NCBI GenBank assembly: GCA_016214785.1
Contig: JACRNV010000001.1
Span: forward strand, 240-64,239
Direction: 5' to 3'
DNA length: 64,000 bases
Origin: Methanobacteriota archaeon
GTDB taxonomy: Archaea > Thermoplasmatota > Thermoplasmata > SG8-5 > JACRNV01
In this document: piece by piece, positions 8,801-23,800 of the stretch
Layout: every line of letters starts with the position of its first letter
Numbering within the stretch: the first letter of the stretch is position 1
Translations under genes and position numbers: made by a program
Notes under the pieces: generated by a model
The model's database searches: none
What the model saw: the letters and a program-made list of their open reading frames with translations, nothing else
What the model was told of the DNA's origin: nothing

Positions 8801-11800
8801 CGACTGTCGTGGTCGGGAACACGCGCGCCTTCAGCGCGGTGGCGTGCGATGCGTACAACAACACCATATCGGGCGTCATCTTCGCATGGGCCACGGGCGT
8901 CGGCTCCATCGATTCCTCGGGATTCTTCACCGCCCAGACCTTCCCCGGGCTCGGGGACGTCTCCGCGACGAACGGCTCGATAACCGGCAGCGCGCAGGTA
9001 ATCGTGATGCCTGACTCCCTCGACCACATATCCGTGACGCCGAACCCGGCCTCGGTGGTCGCGGGCGGGACGAGGCAGTTCGCGGCCACGGGCTGCGACA
9101 GGTTCGGGAACGAGATTGCCGGGCTGACGTACGCCTGGAGCACCGACGTCGGCTCCATTGACGCAGGCGGGCTCCTGTCGGCGCAAACCACGACCGGGAG
9201 CGGACTTGTCTTCGCGGCGAACGGCTCCATCTCAGGGTCGGCGGCGGTGAATGTCGTCCCTGGCCCGGTCTTCCGCATCGACGTCGTGCCAGGCCCGGCG
9301 ACCGTGACCGTGGGCTCGTCGCTGCAGTTCACGGCCACGGGCTACGACCTTTACAACAACCTGATCCCGGGCATGGCCTTCGACTGGAGCACAAATGCCG
9401 GCTCTGTCGACTCGGGCGGGCTCTTCACCGCCCAGACAACGCCCGGCTCCGGTTACGTGAGGGCGCTGAACGGCTCCGTGAACGGCACGGTCCAGGTGGC
9501 AGTCGTGATTGGAGATGCGGACCACATAGTCGTGCTGCCGAACCCGGTATCTGTAAAGGTGGGGGAGACGCAGCAGTTCTCGGCCACGGCCTACGACGCG
9601 TTCGACAACGTCATAGCCGACGCCGTCTTCACATGGGGTACGTGGCTCGGCATAGTGAATTCCACGGGCTTCTTCACGGCGTACACCATCGCCCGCGTCG
9701 GGCTGGTGAACGCGACGTTCGGCTCGGTCGCCGGCTCGGCTACGGTGGAGGTACTCGCCGACGTCCTGGACCACATCGTCGTGATCCCGTCCACCGTTTC
9801 GGTGACCGTAGGGTTCTCGCAGGCCTTCACGGCGTTGGCCTACGACGTCTACAACAACCCCATCTCTGGCCTCACGTTCCTCTGGAGCACGAACGTCGGC
9901 GTCGTGAACTTCGCGGGCCTCTTCACGGCGCGCACGGCGACGGGCGCGGGCTACGTGAGGGCGGCCGTGGGGGCCATCAACGGCTCCGCGACCGTGATAA
10001 TAGTCCCTGGCCCCGCCCATCACATAAACGTCGTGCCGAATCCGGCGACGGTGCCGGCCGGCGAGGAGCAGCAGTTCACGGCGACGGCGTACGATATCTA
10101 CAACAATCAGATTGCGGGCGCGGTCTTCTCCTGGAGCACGAACGTCGGCGCGATAGACTCGTCGGGGCGGTTCACCGCGCAGGGCACGCCGGCCGTCGGC
10201 AACGTCACGGCGACGAACGGCACCCTCGGCAAGTCGGCGAAGGTCACGGTCGTCCCGGGGAGCGTCGACCACATAGCCGTCGCCCCGAACCCGGTCACGG
10301 TCGTCGTCGGGGGAGAGCAGTCCTTCTCGGCCGTCGCCTATGACAGGTTCGACAACGTCGTCGCAGGGGCGACCTTCATCTGGACGACGAACGTCGGCTT
10401 CGTCGACGCCGGCGGGCACCTGACAGCCAAGACCACTCCTGGAGTAGGCGTGGTCACTGCGATCAGCGGCACGATATCGGGATTCGCGAGCGTCACCGTC
10501 ATCGTCGGCCCGCTCGACCACATCTTCATCTCCCCCGACCCGGCGACGGTCCAGGTCGGCGGCGGCCAGCAGTTCACGGCCGTCGCGTACGACTTCTACA
10601 ACAACGTCCTTTCCGGAGTCGGCTTCGCATGGTCGATCGACATCGGGACAGTGACGCAAACGGGCCTCTTCTCGGCGCCGATCGTCCCCGGCGAGGGCAC
10701 GGTGATTGCTAGCAACGGCTCGGTGTCCGGCACGGCGCAGATATACATCGTCGTGGGGAACGTCAATCACATAATCGTCTCGCCGAACCCCGCGACGGTC
10801 GTTGTGGGGGCCTCCCAGGCCTTCTCGGCCGTCGCATATGATGTCTACGACAACATAATCACGGGAGCGACGTTCATCTGGACGACGAACGTCGGCTCCA
10901 TCGGCTCCGGCGGCGTCCTGACGGCGCAGACCGTCCCCGGCGCAGGCTTCACCCGGGCAAGGAATGGCTCCGTGACTGGCTCGTCGGCAGTAACCGTGGT
11001 CGTGGGCCCTGTGAGCCGCATCACGGTACTTCCGAACCCGACCACCGTGGTTGTCGGGAACACGCGGCTATTCTCGGCGACCGCGTACGATTCCTTCAAC
11101 AACATAGTCCCGAATGCTGTGTTTTCCTGGAGCACCAACGTCGGCGCGATAGACTCCGCAGGGCTGTTCACGGCGCAGACATCCCCGGGCATAGGACTCG
11201 TCACGGCGGCGAACGGCACAATCACCGGCTCCGCGAACGTGACAGTGACGATCGGCCCGATAGACCACATCACGGTCGCCCCGAACCCGGCGAGCGTCCC
11301 GGTCGGGGAGTCGCTCCAGTTCACGGCGGCCGCGTACGACCTCTACAGCAACCCGATAGCGGGCGCCACCTTCACATGGTCGACGAACGCAGGTGTAAGC
11401 GTCGTCAATTCGATGGGCTACTTCACGGCCCAGACCACGCCGACCGCCGGGACTGTGAGCGCCACGAGCGACGCGATAACCGGGAGCGCGAACGTCAACG
11501 TCGTCCCCGGGCCCGTAGCGATACTCTCGGTAGTGCCCGACCCGGTCACGCTCGTCGTCGGTTCCACGCAGGCATTCTCCATACTCGCCTACGACGCGTA
11601 CGGCAACTCCATCTTGAACGTGGAGGCGGTCTGGACCACGAACGTGGGCACGGTCGATTCGAGCGGCCTGCTGACGGCGCAGACCACGCCGGGCTCGGGC
11701 ATCGTGACCGCGCAGAACGGGACGGTCTCGGGCTATGCCAGCGTGACAGTCATCAAGGGGCCGCTCGACCACATCGTCGTGTCGCCCAACCCCTGGACGA

Positions 11801-14800
11801 TGAGCGCCGATGCGAGCAAGCAGTTCGGCGCCGCGGGCTACGACCTCTACGACAACCTGATCGACATAACGCCGGTTTGGGCCGTGAACGGCGGGGGGGC
11901 GGTCAACGCCACGGGGTACTTCGCGGCGCACGCCGTCGGAACATGGACGATTTTCGCTAACGACAGCGGCGTCTCGGGGCAGGCGACTATCACCGTCCTG
12001 CACGGCGCCGCCGTATCCATCGACGTCACGCCGGCCACGGCGACGATAACGGCGGACGACACGGTCCTCTATTCGGCCACGGCCTACGACGCCGACGGCA
12101 ATGCATGGGAGGTCACGACCGGCACGGTCTTCACGCACAACGACCCGAAGGGGGGCATGGTCCAGAACCTCTATTCGGCGGGCCAGGTCGGGACATGGAC
12201 GGTCACCGGCGTGTATTCCGGCCTCACGGATTTCGCCAGCGTCACGGTCAACCCGGGCGCCGCGGCGCTGCTGGTCATGGACTCGCCCTCGGCGGTCGAT
12301 GCGGGCGCGGGCTTCAGCGTCTCGGTCACCGTCTTCGACGGCGACGGCAACGTCAAGACCGACTACCTTGGCACTGTGGGCCTCGGCTCGACCGACCCGT
12401 ACCCAGCGACTCTGCCGGCGGACCACACATTCACGCTGCCGAACGCAGGCACATACTCCTTCACGAACCTCATTTTGTACACCAGGACATCGCAGAACGT
12501 AACCGCGCGGGACACGGCGGTACCGGCCCTGGCGGACACCGACGCGATAGCCGTGCGCGGACCGGCCATCCAGCCCGTCAAGCTCGTCCCGGAGAAGGCC
12601 GAGCCGGGCAACGTCCTGCTGTACAGGATATACTTCAACAACACGGGGGAGAACGCCGCGGCGAACGTGTGGCTGAACGACACGCTTCCGTCGGGAGTTA
12701 CGTTCATCGACGCCTCCGACGGTGGAAGCTACGCCGCTGGCGTCGTTCGCTGGGTCTTTTCAGGCATCCTTCCGGGGATATGGTCAGTTACCGCGAACGT
12801 GAGCGCGAACGCGGGCCTGGCCAACGGCGTGCTCCTGACGAACTGGGCCTATTGCAACCACACCCTGGCCTCGGGCGCGAGGATGCCCGAGACGAGGGCC
12901 AACGCGACGACGAGGATATTCTACCTCCCGCTCATTGACGCGTCCAAGACAGTCGAGCGCATATTCAAGGACATCGTGGTGGACCCGGACCAGTGGGGGC
13001 AGTGCACGGTCGCGAACACGATATCGTACAAGGTGAACATCACGAACCTCCAGAGCATAACCGACTCGGTCGACATGGACAAGACCTCCAAGCTGGGCTG
13101 GCCAATCGCGCTGCTCAACACGGACTGGACCCCCCTCGCGGACACCAACGGGAACTCGTACCCCGACACGGGCAACCTGGCGCCGAGCGGGGGGATGAAT
13201 AGCATCATGGTCAACGTGACTGTGCCCTACAACGCCATCGTGGGCCAGGAGGACATCTCCTACATAATCGGCACGTCCTACAACGACGCCAACATCGTGG
13301 ACGTCGCGCAGATAAACACCACCGTCATACCGCGCGCGCCGGCCGACGTCGTCATGACGATAGACAACTCGGGCTCGATGGCCAACATCGAGGACCAGCA
13401 GAGATGGGTGCCGATGACTCTCGACATATCGTACTGGGCCGCGGGGTGGTCCCAACTGCAGGTAAGGCTGTATTTCACGTCCAACGCTGCGGGCGTCAGC
13501 GGTGGCTGGACCATAGACGACTTCGAGGTGCAGGGGAACAACAACGACACGAGGTTCTTCGACAATTTCGACGGCGTGCCGCGCGGCTGGTCGAACCTCG
13601 TGGCCGACCAATGGGAAACCGGCACGCCCATCGGAGGGACGGACCCGCCGTCGGCGCCGTCCGTACCGAACGTCCTGGGCACGGACGTCCTCAGCGGAGT
13701 AGACGGGAACAACCAGTACCCGAACAACGCCCTCTGGGACGCGATATCGCCTGCGATTGACGTCTCCACCGACACGACGGTGAAGGTGAAGTTCCAATCG
13801 TGGATCGCGGTCGCGGACACGGCCGACCTGTGCTACGTCGAGATCAGGAACGGCGCCACGGCATGGACGAGGATATGGGGATGCTCGAAGATAGAGGTGC
13901 TGAAGTACTGCGCCAGGGACTTCGTCGCCGGGCTCGACCCGAGCGACCGCGTGGCGGTGTACAGCTTCGGCGGCACGGGGAACGAGCAGGTCATACAGAG
14001 CCAGGCGTTCCTGACTATGACCCCCGCGAACAAGGCCACGACTCTGGCCTTGCTCGCTACGTTCACGGCGAACCAGAACACCCCTATATGGGACACCATC
14101 GGGACATCCGTCAGCTACGCGATGACTGGCGGCTGGGACTCCTTCACGCCGCCGCACACGCCAGTGGTCGTGGCCATGACGGACGGCGACGACTGGGGCA
14201 CGGGCGGCAGGGAGACAGGCAGCGAAACGTACGCGCCGGGGGCGCCGTCGAGGGCCACGGCCGGCAACGTGATACGCACGTGGGAGACGAACCCCAGGTC
14301 GGACGGCAACGTATGGGGCAGCCCGGTGAGGACGTACGGCAGCATCTACAGGCTAACGACGGCGGCGCCCCAGGCATGGTCGACCTTCGCGCTCACCGGG
14401 GATGAAGCGACGAGGACCGGCCTGCTGAACGCGCCCTGCGCGGTATTCACCATAGGGCTGGGCTGCAACCCGCAGGGGAGCAACTCGAGCGCCGCCGGCT
14501 ACATCAGCCAGACAGCGCTCGTCGTAGGCGCTCCGGCGGCAGTGAGCACTACTTCGTACGCCTACAACTTCACTTCGGAATACGACCTGAGGCAGGTGGC
14601 CAACACCTCCAAGAACGGCAGCTACTATTTCGCGCCGACGAGCAGCCAGCTGGACGCGATTTACATTCAGATAGCAGCCGCCGTGGCGCAGCTCGGGGGG
14701 ACGGCCGCCGCCGGGGCAAAGGGCACGATATCGGCCGGGGACAGCCTGATGTACAAGCTGTACTACAACAACACGGGCATCGGCGTCGCAGCGGACGTGT

Positions 14801-17800
14801 GGGTCAACGACACCCTGCCGAGCTGCCTCCAGCTCGTGGCCTCCAACGCCACCTGGTCGTTCGTAAACGGCCAGTACTGCTGGCACTTCCTGAACGTGGC
14901 GCCGGGGACGCACTGGTTCTGGATAGAGGTGAAGATAGACAACACCGTGGTGGACAGCCAGAACGTCACCAACGCCGTCTACGTGAATTGCACCGACGCC
15001 GAGGGCAACGCCCTGCCAGGCAGCAACGATACGGCCAGCGTCGACATAGACGAGCCGATACTGTCGGTGGAAAAGGTCGCCAACAGGACCTCCGCCCCGC
15101 CCGGAGGGAGGATCAACTACACCATCTGGTACAACAACACGGGCTCGAGCATGGCACTCTATGTATGGATAAACGACACCTTCGATCCGAACACCGTTTA
15201 CATATCAGACTCCGCGCCGGTCCCGCCCGTGATCAACGGCAACAAGTATTCGTGGAAGGTCTTCAGGGTCATGCCCGGGAGCAACTACTTCAACATCACT
15301 GTGCAGGTCATAAACGGGGCCGCGGGCGGCACCATCATCGGCAACCTGGCGGCCGCCGAGTACACGAACAGCAACAACGTCAAGCACAGCGGCGCCTCGA
15401 ACTCGAACGTTGTGAACACGTCGGTCATCAACACGAGGATCGACGTCGCGAAGACAGTCGATAAGCCGATATCGGACCCGGGCAAGTCCCTCACCTACAC
15501 GATATACTTCAACAACACGGGGACGGACGTCGCCAACAACGTCTGGATAAACGAAACGCTGCCGCTCGATGTGACCTATGTAGCGCAGACCACGGCCTCC
15601 AACGCCACGCACACCCTCGTCAGCTGGGGCGTTAGCGGTCGCTACCTCTGGTTCAACTTCAGCAACGTCCAGCCCGGTAACCACTGGTTCACTATTATTG
15701 CCACGGTCAATTCGGGCACGCCCGACGGGACGTGGATGGACAACTACGTCAACCTGAACTACACGGACGACGTCGGCTTCTGCCTGCCGTACTCGAGCGC
15801 CACCGCCCTCTCGGTCTGCGGCGTCCTCAACGTGACGAAGACGAGCGACCTGACGGTCATACCTTCGACCGGGACGACGGTCATCAGGCTCACCATCCAG
15901 GTCAAGAACTGCCACCCGACGTACGTCATCAACAACGCGAAGGCGAACGACACGCTGCCTCCGGGCATCACGTTCGCCGGGAACGTCGCGGCCTCGAAGG
16001 GCTCGTGGTCGTGGAACGGGACCGTCCTGAACTGGAGCGTCGGCAGCCTCCTGCCGCTCGAGGCGGCGACGATATCGTTCGACGTGTCGATAACGCCCAC
16101 GGGCGTGGGGACGTACCCGATAAACTACGGCGCGTTCGCTAACGGGACGACGGACACGGGCTACCTAGAGAACGCGACCTCCCTGGCTCTCAACGTTACC
16201 GCGCGCAACGCGCCCATCCTCGACTTCTCGCTCTGGCCGTCGTCGGTGATATCTAAATCCGTCGGCTCGTTCTCGCTCAACGTCACGAACATCGGGACGA
16301 CCGGCGGCATGTTCTACAACGCGAGCAACGACGCCATAGAGGTCAGGATTCCGAGCGCCTGGGGGGCGCCCTCGGGCATGTCCGGGCCAGCGAGCTGGGA
16401 ATACCAGTGGAACGGCACTACCCGGATGCTGACGTTCTATTACAACGGCACCCTTTACTACAACTGGGCGTCGGGCACGACGCTCGCGTTCAACTTCGGC
16501 CTCCAGGCGCCCGCGACGCAGAACCACGACGGCTTCCTAACGAACGGAAGCATCCATGATTCCATAGGGACGAAGTACGGCTTCAGCAAGACGCTCTACG
16601 TGGACTCGGTCATCGGCCCGCTTGACCACATCGTCGTCTCCCCCAGCCCGGTATCGGTCCCCGTCGGCGGGACGCAGGCCTTCTCGGCAGCCGCCTACGA
16701 CGCGTATAACAACCAGATAACAGCCGCGACGTTCACGTGGGGCACGAACATGGGCTCCGTGAACGCCACAGGCTTCTTCACGGCGGGAACGTCGGCCGGC
16801 ACGGGTTTCGTGAGCGCGACCTCGGGCTCGGTCACGGGCTCGGCGACGGTGCAGGTCACGGCGGGCCCGGTCCATCACATAACCGTTTCCCCCTCGCCGG
16901 TCTCGGTCGTTGTCGGCGGAACCCAGGCCTTCACGGCGACGGCTTTCGACGTATACGACAATCCCGTCTCGGGCGCGGCCTTCACGTGGGCCACCGACGT
17001 CGGCACGATAAACGCCGCCGGCTCATTCACCGCGCGGAATGCGACGGGCTCGGGCATAGTCAACGCGACCTGCGGCTCTGTAGTCGGCAATGCCTCAGTG
17101 ACACTCATCCCGGCCGCGGTCTATCGTATCGTCGTGACGCCGAACCCGGCCACGGTAGTCGTCGGGGCGGGGCAGCAATTCGCTGCAGTCGCGTACGACG
17201 TCTACAACAACTCGATACCGGGCGTGAGCTACGCCTGGACAACCAGCGTGGGCTCTGTCAACGCGACCGGTTTCTTCACGGCACAGAACGCGCCCGGCGC
17301 CGGCACGGTCACGGCGGCGAGCGGGCCCGTTTCCAACTACACGGACGTCAGCGTCGTTGCGGGCCCGCTCGACCACATCATCGTCACTCCCGATCCTGCT
17401 ACGGTAACCGTGGGGCAGACGAGGCCCTTCGCGGCCGTCGCGTACGATGTTTACAACAACGCCCTTTCAGGCGTCGGTTTCGCGTGGAGCACGAACATGG
17501 GATCGATAGACTCTGCGGGGCTTCTCATAGCCCAGACCACGCCCGGCTCCGGCTACGTCAGCGCGAAGAACGGGAGCGTCTATGGCAATGCGACGGTGAA
17601 CGTCGTAGCCGGCGCGCTCGACCACATCGTCGTCACCCCCGACTCGGTCTCGGTAGTCGTTGGCACGACGCAGCAATTCAACGCGGTAGCGTACGACGCC
17701 TACAACAACCAATTAACGGGCGTGGGATTCGCGTGGAGCACCAATGTCGGCTCCATCGATGCGACCGGACTGCTGACCGCGCGCACAACCCCCGGCAGCG

Positions 17801-20800
17801 GGCAGGTCACGGCTGCGAACGGCACGAAGAGCGACTTCGCGACGGTCGATGTTATCGTCGGCGCGATAGACCGCATTTCCGTGTCCCCCAACCCGGCGAC
17901 AGTTGTCGTCGGAAGGACGAAGGCGTTCACGGGGACGGCCCACGACATCTACAACAACACGATACCGGGCGTCGTCTTCACCTGGACGACGAATGTCGGG
18001 ACCATCGACCCTTACGGTGTGCTGACGGCCCAGACCATGCCGGGCAACGGCACGGTCACCGCTACGAACGGATCCGTCACCGGCTCCGCCTCCGTCAGCG
18101 TCGTGATCGGACCAGCCAGCAGGATAGAGGTCACCCCGAGCTCGGCCACCGTCGTGATAGGGGACACGCGCCAGTTCGCCGCCCAGGCCTTCGACGCGTA
18201 CGACAACCCCATACCTAACGCCACGTTCATCTGGACAACCAACGTGGGGATCGTGAATTCTGCGGGATTGTTCACGGCCCAGACCGTGCCGGCGAACGGC
18301 ACGGTGAGCGCCAGGGTCGGCTCCGTGACTGGCTCTGCCAGCGTGGAGGTGACAATCGGCCCGGTCCATCACATTATCGTGTTGCCAAACCCTGCCTCGG
18401 TCGCGGTCGGCGGGACGGTGTTATTCTCGGCTGCGGCGTACGACGCGTACAACAACCCGATTCCGGGTGTGGCATTCGCCTGGTCCACGAACGTCGGTTC
18501 GATAGACTCCTTCGGTCTCCTGACGGCGCAGATGGTTCCGGGGCTCGGCACGGTGAGCGCGTCGAACGGGTCGGTCGTGGGGGCCGCGAGCGTCGAGATA
18601 GTCGTCGGCGGCATCTACTACGTCACGATCAGCCCGTCGTTCGCCGATGTGGAGGTTGGCGAAGCCCTGCTCTTCGTCGCCACGGCGTACGACTATTACG
18701 ACAACGTCGTGCCCGGTGCGGTCTTCACATGGGCGGCGGACGTCGGCTCCGTCGACGCGTCCGGGCTCTTCGTGGCCCAGACCGTTCCAGGCTCGGGCTA
18801 TGTGACGGCAACGAACGGCACCCAGAGCGCGTCCGCGGCGGTCAACGTCACGCACGGCCCGCTCGACCGCATCGCGGTTTCGCCGGACCCGGTAACGGTC
18901 CCAGTGGGGGCCGCGCAGGCGTTCTCAGCGACCGCGTTCGACGAGTACGGCAACGCGATACCGGGCGTTTCCTACGTATGGACGACCAACGTGGGCACTA
19001 TCGACTCGACCGGCGCGTTCACGGCCAGGACAACGCCAGGGACGGGGTACGTCACGGCGGCTAACGGCACCATCTCGGACTCCGCGACCGTCGAGGTCGT
19101 CGTCGGCCCCATCGACCACATTGTGGTCACTCCAGGGTCAATCTCGATAATCGTCGGCGGCAACCAGAGCTTCTCGGCCGTCGCGTACGACTCATACAAC
19201 AACTCGATACAGGGCGTATCCTTCGTGTGGTCGACGGACGTGGGCAGTGTAGACTCTGCAGGGCATTTCACAGCCCAGACGTTCCCCGGGACGGGCCTTG
19301 TGAACGCTTCGAACGGCACGTTCTCGGGCACGGCGAGCGTGGAGGTCGATCTCGGGCCGGTACATCATATATCCGTATCTCCGGACCCGGCGACCGTCAC
19401 TGTTGGAACGACCATGGCATTCAACGCGACCGCGTACGACCAGTACAACAACGTCATCCCGGGCGTGGACTTCCTCTGGACGACGAACGTGGGCGCGATA
19501 GACGCGGCGGGTACCCTTACAGCGCAGACGACGCCCAGGACAGGCATCGTGACCGCGAGGAACAACACGAGGACCTACTCGGCTTCTGTAACCGTCGTCC
19601 CCGGAGCGGTCCATCACATATCGGTCGCGCCGGGCACGGCGGTCGTCGTGGTGGGCGCCACGAGGTCGTTCAACGCCACCGCCTACGATGTATACAACAA
19701 TGCGATACCGGGCGTGGTCTTCAGCTGGTCCACGGACGTCGGTTCGATAGACCCTGCAGGCACTTTCACGGCTCAGACGACCCCCGCGACCGGCAATGTC
19801 GCGGCGTCGAACTCCTCTGTCACAGGGAGCGCGGGCGTCGATGTAATCGTCGGCCCGCCCCACCACATCGCCGTAACGCCGAACTCCACGGCGGTAACCG
19901 CTGGGCAGGGTAGGCAGTTCTCTGCCGTGGCGTACGACATCTACAACAACACCATTTTCGGCGCGACAATCCTCTGGAGCACCAACGTCGGCTCTATAAA
20001 CTCCACCGGCTACCTGACGGCACAGACGACATCGGCTACGGGCTGGGCCCACGCCACCTGCGGCAATGCTACGGGGAGCGCGGACGTCCAGGTCATCCCG
20101 GAAGCGCTCTATCGCATATCGGTCACACCGAGCCCAGCCACCGTCGTAGTCGGCCAGGCGCAGCAGTTCAACGCCACGGGTTACGATTTTTACAACAACG
20201 CGATACCTGGCATGGCCTTCGCATGGAGCACCAACGTCGGCACGATAGACGCGAACGGCTCCTTCACGGCCAGGATTACTCCGGGAATCGGGACGGTGAC
20301 GGCTCAAAACGGGACAGTCAGCAAGAGCGTGAACGTCACCGTGGCCATCGGCGGAATCGACCACATCGTGGTCGTGCCCGACCCGCTAACCATTACGGTG
20401 GGGGCATCGCAGCAGTTCATCGCAGTGGCCTACGACGCATACAACAATGTCCTGCCGGGCGCGACCTTCGGCTGGGCGACCAACGTCGGGACGATAAATG
20501 CCACTGGATACTACACGGCGCAAATCGTGCCGGGCGCGGGATTCGTCACGGCAACGAACGGCACCGTTAGTAAAACGGTCACAGTAACCGTGGTTCACGG
20601 GCCGCTCGACCACATAACCGTCATGCCGACCCCGCTCTCGATAACGGTCGGCGGGGCGCAGGACTTCACGGCGACGGCCTACGACGCATACAGCAATGCC
20701 ATATCAGGCGTCGGGTTCGCGTGGTCCACCGACGTCGGCACCGTCGATGTGGCCGGGCACTTCACTGCAAGCACCATCCCGGGAATAGGCACCGTCACGG

Positions 20801-23800
20801 CGACCAACGGGTCCGTGTCGGGCTCCGCCGCAGTCACCGTCCTGGTAGGCTCGATTGTCAGGATATCGGTCGTTCCCAACTCCGTTGCCGTGACCGTGGG
20901 CTCGACGCTCGCGTTCACGGCGATCGCGTTCGACAGCTTCAACAACGCGATTTCGGGCGTGGAATTCGTCTGGGCTACTGACGTTGGCTCAATAAGTGCC
21001 GGCGGCCAGTTCACCGCCCAGCTCGCGCCTGGCGCGGGCACCGTCACGGCGAGCAACGGGAGCGTGACCGGGACTTCGAACGTCACCGTTGTCGTCGGCA
21101 GCATCTACTACATATCCATCAGCCCGCTCCTGACATCCTTGAAGGTCGGGGAGAGCAGGCAGTTCACGGCCACGGCCTACGACTTCTACAACAACGTCGT
21201 TCCTGGCGTGTCGTTCGCATGGACTACCGACGTGGGGTCGATAAGCCCCACGGGCCTATTCACGGCGCAGACCGCGCCAGGCTCCGGGACTGTCACGGCC
21301 ACGAACGGCTCGGTCCACAACCACGCAATCGTGGACGTCCTGGCGGGGGACCTGCACCACATAGCGGTCTCTCCGAGCCCCGTCTCCATCGTCGTGGGCG
21401 GCAGCCAGCAGTTCACGGCGGTCGCATACGACGCCTACGGCAACGCATTGCCCGCTGTGGCCTTTGCATGGGCCAGCGACATGGGCTCGATAGACTCGGC
21501 GGGCCTGCTGGCGGCGCGCACGACCACTGGGTCCGGGACGGTCACGGCCTCCAACGGGACGGTAAGCGGCAGCGCTAACGTGACTCTCACCCCGGGCCCG
21601 CTCCATCACGTCATCGTAACACCTGACCCGGTCACCGTCATAATCAATGGGCTTGTCCAGTTCGTCGCGACGGCATACGACTCCTACAACAACACGATAC
21701 CCGTCGTCGCGTTCGCTTGGTCGACCACGGCCGGCGCCATCGATTCGGCGGGCAATCTCGTCGCTCAGGCGTTCCCTGGCTCGGGGACGGTAACGGCCTC
21801 GAACGGCTCGTTCTCGGACTCTGCCAGCGTCGAGGTCGTCAACGTGCCGATTGACCATATCGTCGTCGTGCCGGACCCGGCCAATGTAACGGTGGGCACA
21901 GCCCAGGCATTCACGGCGATAGCGTTCGACGCGCTCAACAACCCCATCTCCGGCGTCCTATTCGTGTGGACGACGAACGTCGGGGCCATTGACCAGCAGG
22001 GGAGGCTGGCGGCGCAGACGACGCCAGCGACGGGCTTTGTGATGGCCAGGAACGGCACGCTTACCTATTCAACCACGGTGAACGTCGTGCCCGGGGCGGT
22101 CTGCCGCGTCTCGATCAGCCCGGCCAGCGCGAATGTCACGGTCGGTTCCTCTATAGCGTTTACGGCCACTGCCTACGATGTGTATGACAACGCCGTCCCA
22201 GGCGCGACCTTTGCCTGGGCGACGAACGCGGGCACTGTCACCGGCATTGGGATATTCACCGCACAGACGACGCCGGGCGCGGGCACGGTGACGGCGTCTA
22301 ACGGGACCGCCAGCGCGACGGCGAACGTGCAGGTTGCCATAGGCCCCGTGGACCACATAGTCGTCACGCCGGACCCGGCGACGATAACGGTCGGGGCGTT
22401 CTTGCAGTTCTCAGCGACGGCCTACGATGCTTACAATAACCTCGTGGTCGGCGCGGCCTTCTCGTGGAGCACGAACGTCGGGCTCGTCAATGCGACGGGG
22501 TACCTGACTGCGCAGACCGCGCCGGCCGCGGGATGGGTGCGCGCGACGGCCAGCTCCGTCGTTGGCAGCGCCAGCGTCCAGGTCGCTGTCGGCCCGCTGC
22601 ACCACATCACCGTCACTCCTAGCTCGGTCAATGTCATAGTCGGCGGCTCCCAGCAATTCAACGCCGTGGCGTACGACATCTACGGCAACGTCATCGCAGG
22701 CGCGGGCTTCACGTGGAGCACAAACGTCGGGACCGTGGACCCCACGGGGCTGCTGGCCGCGCAATCGACCCCTGGCAGCGGCTTTGTCGGGGCGGCGAAC
22801 GGTTCCATCGTAGGTTCCGCGGCCGTCACCGTGGTCAGCGTCGCCATAGACCACATCCTCGTCGCGCCAAGCCCGGCCACCGTAGTCGTGGGCGCGTCGC
22901 AGGCATTCACGGCGGTCGCCTACGACGCCTCGAACAACCCGATAGGGGGCGTCATTTTCACGTGGGCCACGAACGTCGGCGCCATAAATGCGGCAGGGCT
23001 ATTCACCGCGCAGGGGGCGCCAGGGAACGGCACGGTAACGGCCACGAATGGCTCGGTGACAGGCTCGGCGCCCGTCAGCGTTGTGAGCGTGGCAATCGAC
23101 CATATCGTCGTATCTCCAAACCCGGCAACGGTAGCCGTTGGAGGCACGCAGTCATTCACCGCCACGGCCTACGACGCGCTCGGGAACGCCATCCCGGGAG
23201 TGCTATATGCGTGGACGACCGGTGTCGGTGCAGTAGATCAGCTAGGCTTCTTCACTGCCCAGACGCACCCGGGAATTGGGACGGTGACGGCGACGAACGG
23301 GTCGGTTAGCGCATCGGCCTACGTCAACGTCGTGCCGGGGACGCTCGATCACATAGTGATAGTTCCCGACCCGGCATCAGTGACGGCAGGTGGAACCAAA
23401 GCCTTCATAGCTGTAGCGTTCGATGCCTTCAACAATGTCATCCCTGGCGTCGGGTTCTCATGGTCGGCAAACATCGGCACGATAGACGCAGCGGGAGTGC
23501 TATCTGCCCAGACTGCCGCCGCCACTGGAACGGTGACGGCGTCTAACGGCACGGTCGGCTGGTCCGCCATCGTCAGCGTGATTCCGGGGCCCGTGAGCTA
23601 TATCATGGTAACGCCGAACCCCGCATCGGTCGTCGTGGGCGGGACGCAGGCCTTCGCCGCGTCGGCCTACGACGCCTACGGCAACGCGATATTCGGCATT
23701 TCATTCTCGTGGACGACCGACGTCGGGGCCATCAACTCCGGCGGGCTCTTCACCGCTCAGGCAGCGCCGGGCAGCGGCACCGTCACGGCGGCCAACGGGA

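Noticed and set aside
6822-14157. Long off-frame and antisense ORFs inside the giant gene, for example 6822-8102 (+), 7672-9186 (-), 9232-10770 (-), 11068-12426 (-) and 12784-14157 (-).
   Set aside because: Their translations are Arg/Gly/Asp/His-rich low-complexity strings without motifs. They lie wholly inside a frame with clear domain repeats. High GC3 in the sense frame suppresses stops in the other frames.
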